Shown here: piece after piece, positions 55,473-64,000 of the stretch | How positions within the stretch are numbered: the stretch's first letter is position 1 | Layout: each line of letters starts with the position of its first letter | Assembly (NCBI GenBank): GCA_041483895.1 | Contig: JBGPGO010000001.1 | Location: 64,001 to 128,000, forward strand | DNA from: Fimbriimonadia bacterium | GTDB lineage: Bacteria; Armatimonadota; Fimbriimonadia; Fimbriimonadales; JABRVX01 | Length of the DNA: 64,000 bases | Direction: 5' to 3' | Translations under genes and position numbers: made by a program | The notes under the pieces: generated by a model | The model's database searches: none | Told to the model about the DNA's origin: nothing | Seen by the model: the letters and a program-made list of their open reading frames with translations, nothing else

Positions 55473-56743
55473 CGTAGTTCCCGCAAAGAGCGCGCAAACA
55501 CGATGGCAAGCAGCCCGATGCCGAGTCCTATCGCCCCACCGATAACGAACGCCTGAGGCACACCCCCCCTGCTGCCTAGCCAGCCAAAGAGAAGATTTCC
55601 GATGGGGCTGCATCCGGATATCGCCCAAAAATGCACGGATATCAGCCGGCCGCGCATCCCTTCCGGGGAGTTGGCCTGAAGCAACGCGTTTCCGCTGTTG
55701 AGCATTCCGGTTCCGCAAAAGCCGAGGAGAACGAGGCACGCCGCGGTGGCGTAAACCCACGTTTGCGGATGCGCGGACGCCGCTGCCTTGATTCCGATGT
55801 ACCCAAGCGCGACCATTCCGACCGAAAAGCCAGTCAGACCGAAGGCGGGAATCCGTCCCCTGCCCGACCAGCGCGAGATGAGGGCAAGGGTGCCAAGACT
55901 GGCGACCGCGCCAATTCCGGTTGCGGTGTATAGGAGCGCGAACGCGGCTTTGCTCAACTCGAGAACCGCGAATGCGAGGGCCGGCAACTGGACCAAATAG
56001 AACATTCCAAAAATGCTGATTGCGATTTCCAGCAACAGGACCGTCCGCAGGGACCGGGTCGACCACGCCACCTGCAAACCGACTTTGGTCCGCCGCAGGA
56101 GTGAGCCATCATCCGGGACATTGAGGTTGCGAACAGTCTGAATCGCGAAGAGCGAAAATAGCATGGTGGAGTAGCTGATTCCGTTGATCACGAAACAGGT
56201 GCCCGCGCCATATTTGGTCAAAAGAATGCTTCCAATCGTTGGGCCGACGAGGCGGGCAATGTTGAACGACGCGCCTGTTAATGGGACCGCATTCGCGAGA
56301 TCATCTTCATCGACAATCTCCCCGATCATGCTCTGCCGCGCCGGCACGTCGATGGCCCAAATAATCCCATTGATGAAACTGAGCACAAGTATATGCCAGA
56401 CCTGTATGACATTGAGATTTGTCAGCAGGCCGAGGATCAACGCCGTGATCGCCAGGGCCGACTGCGTGGCGATAACGGTCTTCTTCTTGGACAATTTGTC
56501 GGCCAGGGAGCCGGCGAATGGCGCGATCAATAGGATGGGAATCTGTCCGGAGAAGCTGACCAAGCCCAGCATCAATGGGCTTTGGGTGAGGTGAAAGACG
56601 AGCCATCCCTGGGCAACATTCTGCATCCAATTTCCGACAAACGACAGAAACGCGCCCGTCCAATATATGCGAAAGTTGCGATGGCGAAGGGCGCTAAACT
56701 GCTCGGCGAGGCGCAGGCGGGAGCGCTCTGATGCGATTAGCAC
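55469..56743 (-). CDS. MFS transporter (MFS_3/EntS-like)
   Basis: ALRHRNFR.YW.G...S.VG.WMQ.VAQGWLV, DVPARQS, FNIARLVGP. Confidence 0.92.
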   Translation of the reverse strand: MLIASERSRLRLAEQFSALRHRNFRIYWTGAFLSFVGNWMQNVAQGWLVFHLTQSPLMLGLVSFSGQIPILLIAPFAGSLADKLSKKKTVIATQSALAITALILGLLTNLNVIQVWHILVLSFINGIIWAIDVPARQSMIGEIVDEDDLANAVPLTGASFNIARLVGPTIGSILLTKYGAGTCFVINGISYSTMLFSLFAIQTVRNLNVPDDGSLLRRTKVGLQVAWSTRSLRTVLLLEIAISIFGMFYLVQLPALAFAVLELSKAAFALLYTATGIGAVASLGTLALISRWSGRGRIPAFGLTGFSVGMVALGYIGIKAAASAHPQTWVYATAACLVLLGFCGTGMLNSGNALLQANSPEGMRGRLISVHFWAISGCSPIGNLLFGWLGSRGGVPQAFVIGGAIGLGIGLLAIVFARSLRELR

Positions 56744-56760
56744 TGTCTAAGTATGACACG

Positions 56761-58104
56761 TTAGGAGAGGCCGAGAGCGGTGAGGGCGCCGCGTGGCGTG
56801 GACTTTACGATCTCCACCCGTTTGCAGGAGCGCTCTGAAAGTTCGGCAGCGGGGATGTCATCCAGGAGGAGACCTTCGGCGTTGACGCAGATGTCCGGGA
56901 TGAGGACGCGATTGCGGATGTCGGACATTGCCATCCGCACCAGAAGGTCCTGGCCCGTCATCAATCCCGCTATCGTTATCAACGGTCCGAAGAATTCGTT
57001 CTCGATAACCGCCACATTGATGTCCACGCGGTCCAGCCGATTGAGACGATCGACGAACTGTTGGATGGGATGCTCGGCAATCTTCCCGGTCATCAGCGTG
57101 GCGGCCAGCGGCGATGCCGGTGCGCTCAGATTTTGGCAAGCCTCGTCGGCATCGTCCATAAACGTCCGGACGGTGCCGATTCCGTCCTCGAACTGGGGAA
57201 AATCCTCGTACCATGCCCGCTCGGGATAGTCGCGCTCGGCGAGATAGAACCACTCATCGGTCGGGAAGAGGAAGGAGGTGCCTAGCAGCGCCTGCAGTTC
57301 CCGCCGCCATTCATCGCACTGGTCCAACACTTGATTGGCGTATGGTCTATCCACGGGCACAAGATCGGGCAGGTGGCTTCGAAATTTGGTGAGGCCGACG
57401 GGGACCAACGCGATGGATAGCACCCCGGCCTCCAGTCTCGTGAGCGTCGGATGAAGCTGCGCCAATTCACGGATGGTCTGTTCCAGCACTGCGCCATCGT
57501 TGTAACCGGGGCAGAGCACGACCTGGGCGTGGATCGAGATGCTGTTGCGGGCCAACTCCGCCAGCATCGGCACGATGGGCATCTCGGCTTGCTTCCCCAA
57601 CATCTTTTGGCGCTCCATCGGGTCGGTGGCATGGACGGAGACGTACATCGGGGAGAGGGCCTGTTCGCAGATGCGCTCGAATTCGCCCTCTTTGAGATTG
57701 GTGAGGGTGACGTAGTTGCCGTGGAGGAATGAGAGGCGGTAGTCATCGTCCATCAGGTAGAGCGAGCGCCGCATCTTCTTGGGCATCTGGTGGATGAAAC
57801 AGAAGACGCACTTGTTGTTGCAGGTGTGTATTTTGTCTGCCAGCTCGAACTGGAAGGTGAGGCCGATCTCTTCTCCGTATTCCCTCTCGACTCGCAGATC
57901 GATGGTTTGATCGTCTCGCCGGATTGTGAGATAGAAGATTTGCTCGGCGGTTTCGTAGCGAAAATCGATGATGTCTTGGATCCGTTGGCCGTTGGCGGCG
58001 ATTGCCACATCGCCGATCCGGACGCCGGCGCGATCCGCCGCTCCGCCCGCGGCCACTTCCGCGACGGACAGACCACCGCCCTGGATAACTGCCAATTCCG
58101 ACAT
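56761..58104 (-). CDS. PDZ + radical SAM + DUF512 protein
   Basis: N-terminal PDZ-like, CNNKCVFC (CX3CX2C), DDDYRLSFLHGNY, VPVGLTKFR, QFEDGIG. Confidence 0.93.
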   Translation of the reverse strand: MSELAVIQGGGLSVAEVAAGGAADRAGVRIGDVAIAANGQRIQDIIDFRYETAEQIFYLTIRRDDQTIDLRVEREYGEEIGLTFQFELADKIHTCNNKCVFCFIHQMPKKMRRSLYLMDDDYRLSFLHGNYVTLTNLKEGEFERICEQALSPMYVSVHATDPMERQKMLGKQAEMPIVPMLAELARNSISIHAQVVLCPGYNDGAVLEQTIRELAQLHPTLTRLEAGVLSIALVPVGLTKFRSHLPDLVPVDRPYANQVLDQCDEWRRELQALLGTSFLFPTDEWFYLAERDYPERAWYEDFPQFEDGIGTVRTFMDDADEACQNLSAPASPLAATLMTGKIAEHPIQQFVDRLNRLDRVDINVAVIENEFFGPLITIAGLMTGQDLLVRMAMSDIRNRVLIPDICVNAEGLLLDDIPAAELSERSCKRVEIVKSTPRGALTALGLS

Positions 58105-58130
58105 AGACGGCAGTATACCGGTCCGCCCCC

Positions 58131-58271
58131 GCAACGCTGCCTTCCAGCCGGCAGCAAAGTCTCAATGCCGGCGCGTAACGCTGCCCTCCAGGCGGCATTG
58201 TGCCGGCAGGATGCCAGCGTTACGCTCCGGGCGGTTGTAAGGCTCCAATGCCGGCTGGAAGCCAGCGTTAC
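58131..58271. repeat. REP family A cluster (4 copies)
   Basis: Copies at 58131(+), 58175(+), 58201(-), 58249(-) of the GTAACGCTGCCTTCCAGGCGGCA consensus. Confidence 0.85.
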
Positions 58272-58284
58272 GTATAATGGTTGT

Positions 58285-59682
58285 GTGGAAGTGCAAGAGG
58301 AAATTCGGGCGTTTTGGCTGCGGCATGAGGTCGGTGCCGTGCGGGTTGTCGTCGGGTTTTCCGGCGGCGCGGATTCGACGGCGCTGCTCCACGGATTGGC
58401 ATCGGTTGCGCCCGATCTCGGCGTTGAGGTGATCGCTGCCCACCTGCATCACGGAATGCGAGGCGAAGAGGCGGACCAAGACGTAGAACATTGCCGTGCG
58501 GTGGCCGAAGGTCTGGGCCTCGAATTTGTGACCGAGAGAGAAGACGTCCCGAAGTTGGCGGAGGAATGGAAGATTGGTATAGAAGAAGCAGGCCGGAATG
58601 CCAGATACCGATTCTTCGAAACTGTCGTTGCGAGTCAAGCGGCAGAATTCATCGCGACCGGGCATACAGCGGACGATCACGTTGAAACTATTCTTATGCA
58701 CGTCGCACGCGGCTCTGGAATCGGCGGCTTGTGTGGGATAAGGGCATACGGTCGGTTTTCAATCAGAATCCGGCCAATTCTAACTGTACGACGCTCGGAG
58801 ACAATTGAATACTGCGATTCCAACAGCCTGCAATTTTTGTCCGATCCCACCAACAACGAAATGCGATTCGTCCGCAATCGATTGCGGCATGTTCTTCGGA
58901 CAAACTTGGTGGACGTATTCGGCGAGGAACTGTACAATTCGATAGCACGCTTGGCCGAAATCGCCCGTGCAGAAGATCTTTACATTCTGGGCGATACACT
59001 GGATGCGGCTAATGAGTTGGAATCGCCAATGCACCCGATCGAAGCGGCGCTAAATCTGCCGAATCACGAGTACCGAATCCGCTTCGCTGATCTCAACGAG
59101 CTCTCGCTCGCGATACGCCGGCGTCTCATCCGGCATCTCATTCGCCGCTTTCACCCCGAACCAAATATCAGCTTTGAGTTGGTTGAGAGCATCTTGTCTG
59201 GGCGCAACACATCGTTTTCCGTGGAAGGAACATTAGTAAGGGTGGTTCTGACCGACGAAGAGGTAATTTTCGAAAGTGAACCGTTTTCGGAAGAGGTCTG
59301 GCAAACACCGTTAACCGCCAACACGTCCCTACGGATCACCTCTATGCCCGTAGAGATCCTCCATTGGACCGGCGAGCCACCGACCGACGTGACCCTGTTC
59401 CGTGGAACCAAGGCCGTATTCGACCGAGAATCAGTCCAAGGCGACCTGATCGTGACCAAACCGGCTTCCGGCGAGTACATTCCCCTCGGATTTACGGGCC
59501 ATCGATCGGTGCGCGACATTTTGAGTTCGGAAGGCATCCCTAGGATGCTGCGGGGCCAGCTTCCGATGGTGTCCGACGACCTGGGACCCATCTGGGTGCT
59601 CGGCGGACGAATCGCGGACCGGGTGAAAGTGACGGATCAGACGCGAGAATGCGGCTATCTTGAAGTCAAACCGGCGGTATAA
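58285..59682 (+). CDS. tilS: tRNA(Ile)-lysidine synthetase
   Basis: FSGGADS PP-loop, HHGMR, GHTADDHVET, IRPIL, DPTN, RNRLRH; GTG start 6 nt after TATAAT. Confidence 0.95.
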   Translation: MEVQEEIRAFWLRHEVGAVRVVVGFSGGADSTALLHGLASVAPDLGVEVIAAHLHHGMRGEEADQDVEHCRAVAEGLGLEFVTEREDVPKLAEEWKIGIEEAGRNARYRFFETVVASQAAEFIATGHTADDHVETILMHVARGSGIGGLCGIRAYGRFSIRIRPILTVRRSETIEYCDSNSLQFLSDPTNNEMRFVRNRLRHVLRTNLVDVFGEELYNSIARLAEIARAEDLYILGDTLDAANELESPMHPIEAALNLPNHEYRIRFADLNELSLAIRRRLIRHLIRRFHPEPNISFELVESILSGRNTSFSVEGTLVRVVLTDEEVIFESEPFSEEVWQTPLTANTSLRITSMPVEILHWTGEPPTDVTLFRGTKAVFDRESVQGDLIVTKPASGEYIPLGFTGHRSVRDILSSEGIPRMLRGQLPMVSDDLGPIWVLGGRIADRVKVTDQTRECGYLEVKPAV

Positions 59683-59753
59683 TCCGTAGCTCGGCGTAAC
59701 ATTGCGCCAGGCGAACGCGTAGGTCAATAAGAGGCGCGATCTGGATCGCCGCC

Positions 59754-61703
59754 ATGCCGGAGGGTTTATTGAGTCGGAACGCAAGAACATTTCTGCTATT
59801 GAGCCTAATTGCCATCATCATGTTGTTCTTTTTTGTCCTGAACAACGGTGGAATTACCGGCCTCGGCTCGCCGATCAAGGATATCAGCCAGGCGCAGCTC
59901 ATTGATGACCTGACGAATAAGCGGTTCTCAAAAGCGGATATTGACGGTCCTGACTTCAGCGGAACCTATGCCGACGGAACCCGGGTCAAGGCCCGCCTGC
60001 GGCTTCCCCCGTCCGACGATCTCAACAAGGCTCTAGATGCGAGTTCTGTAGTCAAAGTATCCGGTTCCCAGATCAACGACCTGATGGCCCCGATCCTGAT
60101 GGGCCTCCTGATTCCCGTGGCCCTCGTTCTTGGATTCTATTTCTTCATCTACCGGCCCGCCCAGCAGACCGGCAACCAGGCCATTGCCTTTGGGCGCAGC
60201 CGGGCGAAGCGCCTGAGCGAATCGGTTCCCAAGACCACATTTGAAGATGTCGCCGGAGTTCAAGAGGCGAAGGAAGAACTGTACGAGATCGTTGACTTTC
60301 TTCGCAATAAGAACAAATATGTGGCGGTCGGCGCGAAGATCCCAAAGGGCGTCCTGCTGCTCGGCCCTCCCGGATGCGGCAAGACCCTTCTCGCCCGCGC
60401 TGTTGCCGGCGAAGCGGGAGTTCCCTTCTTTCACATTTCCGGTTCGGATTTTGTCGAGATGTTTGTTGGGGTTGGCGCGGCGCGCGTCCGGGACCTTTTC
60501 GAGACCGCAAAAGCCCACCGGCCGAGCTTAATTTTTGTGGACGAGATCGATGCGGTTGGCCGCCAGCGTGGGGCTGGATTGGGCGGCGGGCATGACGAGC
60601 GCGAGCAGACTTTGAATCAGCTTCTTGTCGAGATGGACGGATTCGACCCGAATTTGGGTGTGATTCTCATCGCCGCCACCAACAGGCCGGACGTGCTGGA
60701 TCCCGCTTTGCTCCGTCCGGGCCGTTTCGATCGCCAAATCGTGGTTGACGCCCCGGACGCGGATGGACGAGAAGCGATTCTCAAGGTCCATTCGAAGGGC
60801 AAGCCGCTCGGTCCCGACGTAGACCTGGAAGTGCTCGCCAAGCGCACTCCTGGCATGACGGGCGCTGACCTCGCGAATGTGTTGAACGAGGCCGCGCTCC
60901 TTACCGCCCGCAACGACAAAACTGCCGTCGGGCGTCTGGAGGTCGAATCCGCCCTGGATCGTGTTATCGCTGGTCCGGAGCGTCGAAGCCGCATCTTGAA
61001 CGAGCATGAGCGCGAGGTGGTCGCATACCACGAGGCCGGGCATGCCATCGTCGGCGAACTGCTTGAGCATTGCGACCCGGTTCACAAGCTCACCATCCTG
61101 CCTCGCGGAATGAGTCTTGGAACGACATGGCAATTGCCGCAGGAGCGGCGTCTCCAATCCAAGAGCGAACTGTTGGACGATATCACCATGCTGCTTGGCG
61201 GGCGCGTCGCCGAAGAGAAGGTTTTCAACGAAGTCACGACGGGCGCGCAAAACGACCTGCAGCGGGTGACCGACATGGCGCGCGCGATGGTGTGCGAGTT
61301 CGGAATGAGCCAGCACTTGGGAACGCTCACCTTTGGGAAGAGGCACGGCAATCCGTTCCTCGGCCGGGACATTATGGAGGACAGGAACTACAGCGAGGAG
61401 GTAGCGCAGGCCATCGACAGAGAGGTTCGGGACATCGTCGAGCAAAGTCACAGCCGTGCGACCGAACTGTTGACCGCGCGTCGAGAATCGTTGGACAATG
61501 TTGTTCAGGCTTTGCTGGCGGAGGAAACGTTGGATCGAGAACGATTGCTGGCGATCCTGCATGGCACGGCATCGCCTGTCGATAACAAGCTGGCAGATCG
61601 ACTCACTACCGCTGAGCCACCAATTTCGACCGAGACGCCGGGCGATGTAACTGTCCGCCGTCGCCCCAAAGGATCTCCTGGACTAGAACCCGGCCCGGCC
61701 TAA
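59754..61703 (+). CDS. ftsH: ATP-dependent zinc metalloprotease FtsH
   Basis: Two TMs, [33 protein letters not shown]. Confidence 0.98.
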   Translation: MPEGLLSRNARTFLLLSLIAIIMLFFFVLNNGGITGLGSPIKDISQAQLIDDLTNKRFSKADIDGPDFSGTYADGTRVKARLRLPPSDDLNKALDASSVVKVSGSQINDLMAPILMGLLIPVALVLGFYFFIYRPAQQTGNQAIAFGRSRAKRLSESVPKTTFEDVAGVQEAKEELYEIVDFLRNKNKYVAVGAKIPKGVLLLGPPGCGKTLLARAVAGEAGVPFFHISGSDFVEMFVGVGAARVRDLFETAKAHRPSLIFVDEIDAVGRQRGAGLGGGHDEREQTLNQLLVEMDGFDPNLGVILIAATNRPDVLDPALLRPGRFDRQIVVDAPDADGREAILKVHSKGKPLGPDVDLEVLAKRTPGMTGADLANVLNEAALLTARNDKTAVGRLEVESALDRVIAGPERRSRILNEHEREVVAYHEAGHAIVGELLEHCDPVHKLTILPRGMSLGTTWQLPQERRLQSKSELLDDITMLLGGRVAEEKVFNEVTTGAQNDLQRVTDMARAMVCEFGMSQHLGTLTFGKRHGNPFLGRDIMEDRNYSEEVAQAIDREVRDIVEQSHSRATELLTARRESLDNVVQALLAEETLDRERLLAILHGTASPVDNKLADRLTTAEPPISTETPGDVTVRRRPKGSPGLEPGPA

Positions 61704-63073
61704 CGCCCTCCAATTCCCGTCAATGTCACGCCCTCGATGAAATATCGTTGCGCGAAGAAGAACAGAAGCACAACCGGCAGCATCACCATCGTGCTAGCCG
61801 CCATCAATGCGCCCGGGTCGGTTCCATGCGCGGATTGGTATAGTTGCAGTGCGTAGGAGACAGGCATCTTCTCCGGCGAGTTGATGTAGATGAGCGGTCC
61901 CATGAAGTTGTTCCAGGTGCCGGTGAACGTCCAAATCGCGACGGCGGCGAGAGCGGGTTTGACCTGCGGCAGCATGATTTCCCAAAACGTTCGAAAATGA
62001 CTGCAGCCGTCGATGCGCGCCGCCTCTTCCAGCTCCGATGGAACCGTTAGGAAAAACTGCCGCAACAAAAATATGTTGAACGCCGAGCCGAAAAAAGCGG
62101 GCACCCACAAAGGATACAACGTATCGATCCAGCCAAGTTGGCGGAAGATGAGGAAGACCGGCATCATCGTAACCGCGCCCGGCAACATCAGAGTGGCGAG
62201 CAGGAGCAAGAACAGCGGGTCGCGACCGGGGAATCGCAGTCGCGCAAATCCATATCCCACAACCGAGCTGGCGATCAACGTCCCGACCAGGTTGAGCACG
62301 ACCAATAGCAGCGTGTTGAACAGATAGACGGCGCCATACGATGTTTCGGCCGGCAGGTCCGCGAGCGCGCGCTGATAGTTCTCCCATCGCAGGCCGGTGG
62401 TGCGCACATTTTGGGTTGTCCCAGCGGAGGCCGTGTACACAGTGCCCTTCAGTTCCCTTGGTTCCAAAATGCGCACGGTCCGCTTGCCGCTTGGAAACTC
62501 CTTGAGGACAGCGCCTCTGTAGTCTGTTTCCGCAAACTTTCCTATTACTAATGCGCACTTTGGGTTTTCTGGTTGGGCGATGAATTCTTGCACCTGTGGG
62601 ATCCACACTGGCGGGACACGCGCCATGTCTTGGTCCTCTTTGAACGAAGTGACGAGCAGCCACGCAAACGGAATCCCGAAGATCACGACGCCGGTGAGAA
62701 GGAGCACATGCAGCAACGATTCTGTCGCGCCTTTGCGCGCGCGGATTACGCCGCGAAACGCGCGCCTAACAATGAATGCAAACAGGATCGATTGCGCCAG
62801 CAATATCGCCGCGCCGGCGAGAAAATGGCGCATGGCATCCGGAGTGCGCGTCTGCAGATAGTATCCGAACGACGCCTCCCGGACGATTGGCGCATCGAGC
62901 AAATCTTTAACAGTGAGGCAGAACAGCCCGACCGCGACGATGCCCGCTGTGAGAAAAACGAAGCTCCAACGCCCGACAACTTTTCGCGCCGCCCAACCCG
63001 ACCAAAACGTGATCCACAGCGCGACAAGGGCGAGCGCAGCCCCGGCAACCACCAAGGCGCTGTGGAGAATCAA
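61700..63073 (-). CDS. Carbohydrate ABC permease (MalG-type) with extra N-terminal TMs
   Basis: GYGFARLRFPGR, ELEEAARIDG (EAA loop), TWNNFMGPL, FFFAQRYFIEG; start probably TTG 63073. Confidence 0.9.
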   Translation of the reverse strand: MILHSALVVAGAALALVALWITFWSGWAARKVVGRWSFVFLTAGIVAVGLFCLTVKDLLDAPIVREASFGYYLQTRTPDAMRHFLAGAAILLAQSILFAFIVRRAFRGVIRARKGATESLLHVLLLTGVVIFGIPFAWLLVTSFKEDQDMARVPPVWIPQVQEFIAQPENPKCALVIGKFAETDYRGAVLKEFPSGKRTVRILEPRELKGTVYTASAGTTQNVRTTGLRWENYQRALADLPAETSYGAVYLFNTLLLVVLNLVGTLIASSVVGYGFARLRFPGRDPLFLLLLATLMLPGAVTMMPVFLIFRQLGWIDTLYPLWVPAFFGSAFNIFLLRQFFLTVPSELEEAARIDGCSHFRTFWEIMLPQVKPALAAVAIWTFTGTWNNFMGPLIYINSPEKMPVSYALQLYQSAHGTDPGALMAASTMVMLPVVLLFFFAQRYFIEGVTLTGIGGR

Positions 63074-64000
63074 TCCTTCGCTCTCCCGCCCTCGTAATGA
63101 ACCCATCGGGGGGCCAAACGAAGCTGCAGCAGGGTGAGGGAGAGGACCACGGCAAAAAGAGTCCAGGCGATTGCGGACGCAAATCCCATCCGAAAATATT
63201 TGAATGCGTTGTCGAACAGATAATAGACCGGCACGAGCAGGCTGTCGACCGGACCGATTCCCTGTTGGTCCGTCGGACGCATGACATATATCCTGTCAAA
63301 TTCCTGCAGGGCACCGATAGTTCCCATCACGAGGTTGAAGAAGACATAGGGCGATATTTGCGGGAGAGTGATCTGTCTGAATGCCTGCCATGCGCCGGCG
63401 CCATCGATTTTCGCCGCTTCATAGAGCTGACGCGGCACGCCCTGCAACCCCGCGAGCCACAGAATCATCCCGCTGCCGGCGCCCCACAAACCCATGACGA
63501 TGAGCGCGGGTTTGGACCACGTTTCCGAATTGAGCCAGCCCGGCAGATGGCCCGGCCAGATGGTGCGGAGCGCGGCGTTCAGCAGCCCCTTGTCGGGATC
63601 GCCGGTCAGCACCCAGGCCCACAAAACGGCGGCGGCGATGGTCGGGGCGATGCTGGGGATGTAAAACGCGGTCCGATACATCCGCATGCCGCGGACTCCT
63701 GTGTTCAGCAGGAGCGCAATCGCCAATCCCGTGATCAGGTTGAGCGGCACGCCGATTCCCGCCAGATAGGCCACATTCCACGCGGCCTTTCCAAAATGAT
63801 CCTTGTCCGTCGTCGCCAACTCCACATAGTTTCCGAGTCCGACCCACTTCGCCGGATGCAGCACATCGTAGTCGCAGAAGCTGAGGAACAGCGACACCAA
63901 AATCGGCCCCGCCGTGAAAATGAGAAAGCCGAGGAGCCAGGGGGAAATGAACAGGAATCCGGAGACCGCCTCGCCCTTTCGCAAGCGGCCAAGACGGACG
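63070..64000 (-). CDS. Carbohydrate ABC permease (MalF-type), frame open to the window edge
   Basis: GFLFISPW, WVGLGNY, LAGLQGVP..LYEAAKIDG, ITLP.ISP, MGFASA. Confidence 0.92.
   Translation of the reverse strand, partial: VRLGRLRKGEAVSGFLFISPWLLGFLIFTAGPILVSLFLSFCDYDVLHPAKWVGLGNYVELATTDKDHFGKAAWNVAYLAGIGVPLNLITGLAIALLLNTGVRGMRMYRTAFYIPSIAPTIAAAVLWAWVLTGDPDKGLLNAALRTIWPGHLPGWLNSETWSKPALIVMGLWGAGSGMILWLAGLQGVPRQLYEAAKIDGAGAWQAFRQITLPQISPYVFFNLVMGTIGALQEFDRIYVMRPTDQQGIGPVDSLLVPVYYLFDNAFKYFRMGFASAIAWTLFAVVLSLTLLQLRLAPRWVHYEGGRAKD

Noticed and set aside
59683..59753. hpt missing between tilS and ftsH
   Set aside because: Direct tilS-ftsH adjacency is common in bacteria.
1..64000. tRNA, rRNA, tmRNA, integrase, transposase or prophage genes
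   Set aside because: None recognised; intergenic gaps are short and explained by promoters, hairpins or REPs. A covariance-model scan would be needed to exclude small RNAs.

Overview
A GC-rich bacterial chromosomal window, mostly housekeeping genes. An Armatimonadota (Fimbriimonadia-like) origin is my inference from the H-X9-DG prepilin-like gene, outer-membrane barrels alongside Firmicute-like flagellar and GerMN genes, and the gene orders. In order, it holds: a MacAB-type ABC exporter; a minus-strand flagellar operon (fliK-flgD-TIGR02530-flgE-fliL-fliM-fliY/N-fliO-fliP-fliQ-fliR-flhB); a parDE toxin-antitoxin pair; argS; miaA-hfq-dapF; a small accessory islet (two paralogous helical proteins, a tandem DUF442 phosphatase-like protein and a long TPR protein); tsaD-rimI; lysA-S2P-trpS-HAD; an orphan dnaN; amidase-GerMN; a liv-type ABC transporter lacking livF but coupled to a glycoside hydrolase; a prepilin-like pair; a large GT4/GT2/TPR glycosyltransferase; UPF0182; rpsF-ssb-rpsR; pgi/pmi; an MFS transporter; a DUF512 radical SAM protein; tilS-ftsH; and sugar ABC permeases. 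The strongest candidate for something new is fliK, which is split across two frames. The overlap holds a candidate +1 slip site (ACC-TTT-CGA) and the ruler region is built from repeats; a sequencing error or mutation cannot be excluded. Other notable signals are a probable ATT start codon, recurrent leaderless -10-only promoters (including an 18-bp bidirectional one), four families of REP-like palindromes, two similar hairpins in flagellar intergenic regions, and an S18 with a ~105-aa low-complexity extension. I saw no rRNA, tRNA, CRISPR array or transposase. All functional calls come from motif recognition; no database searches were run.
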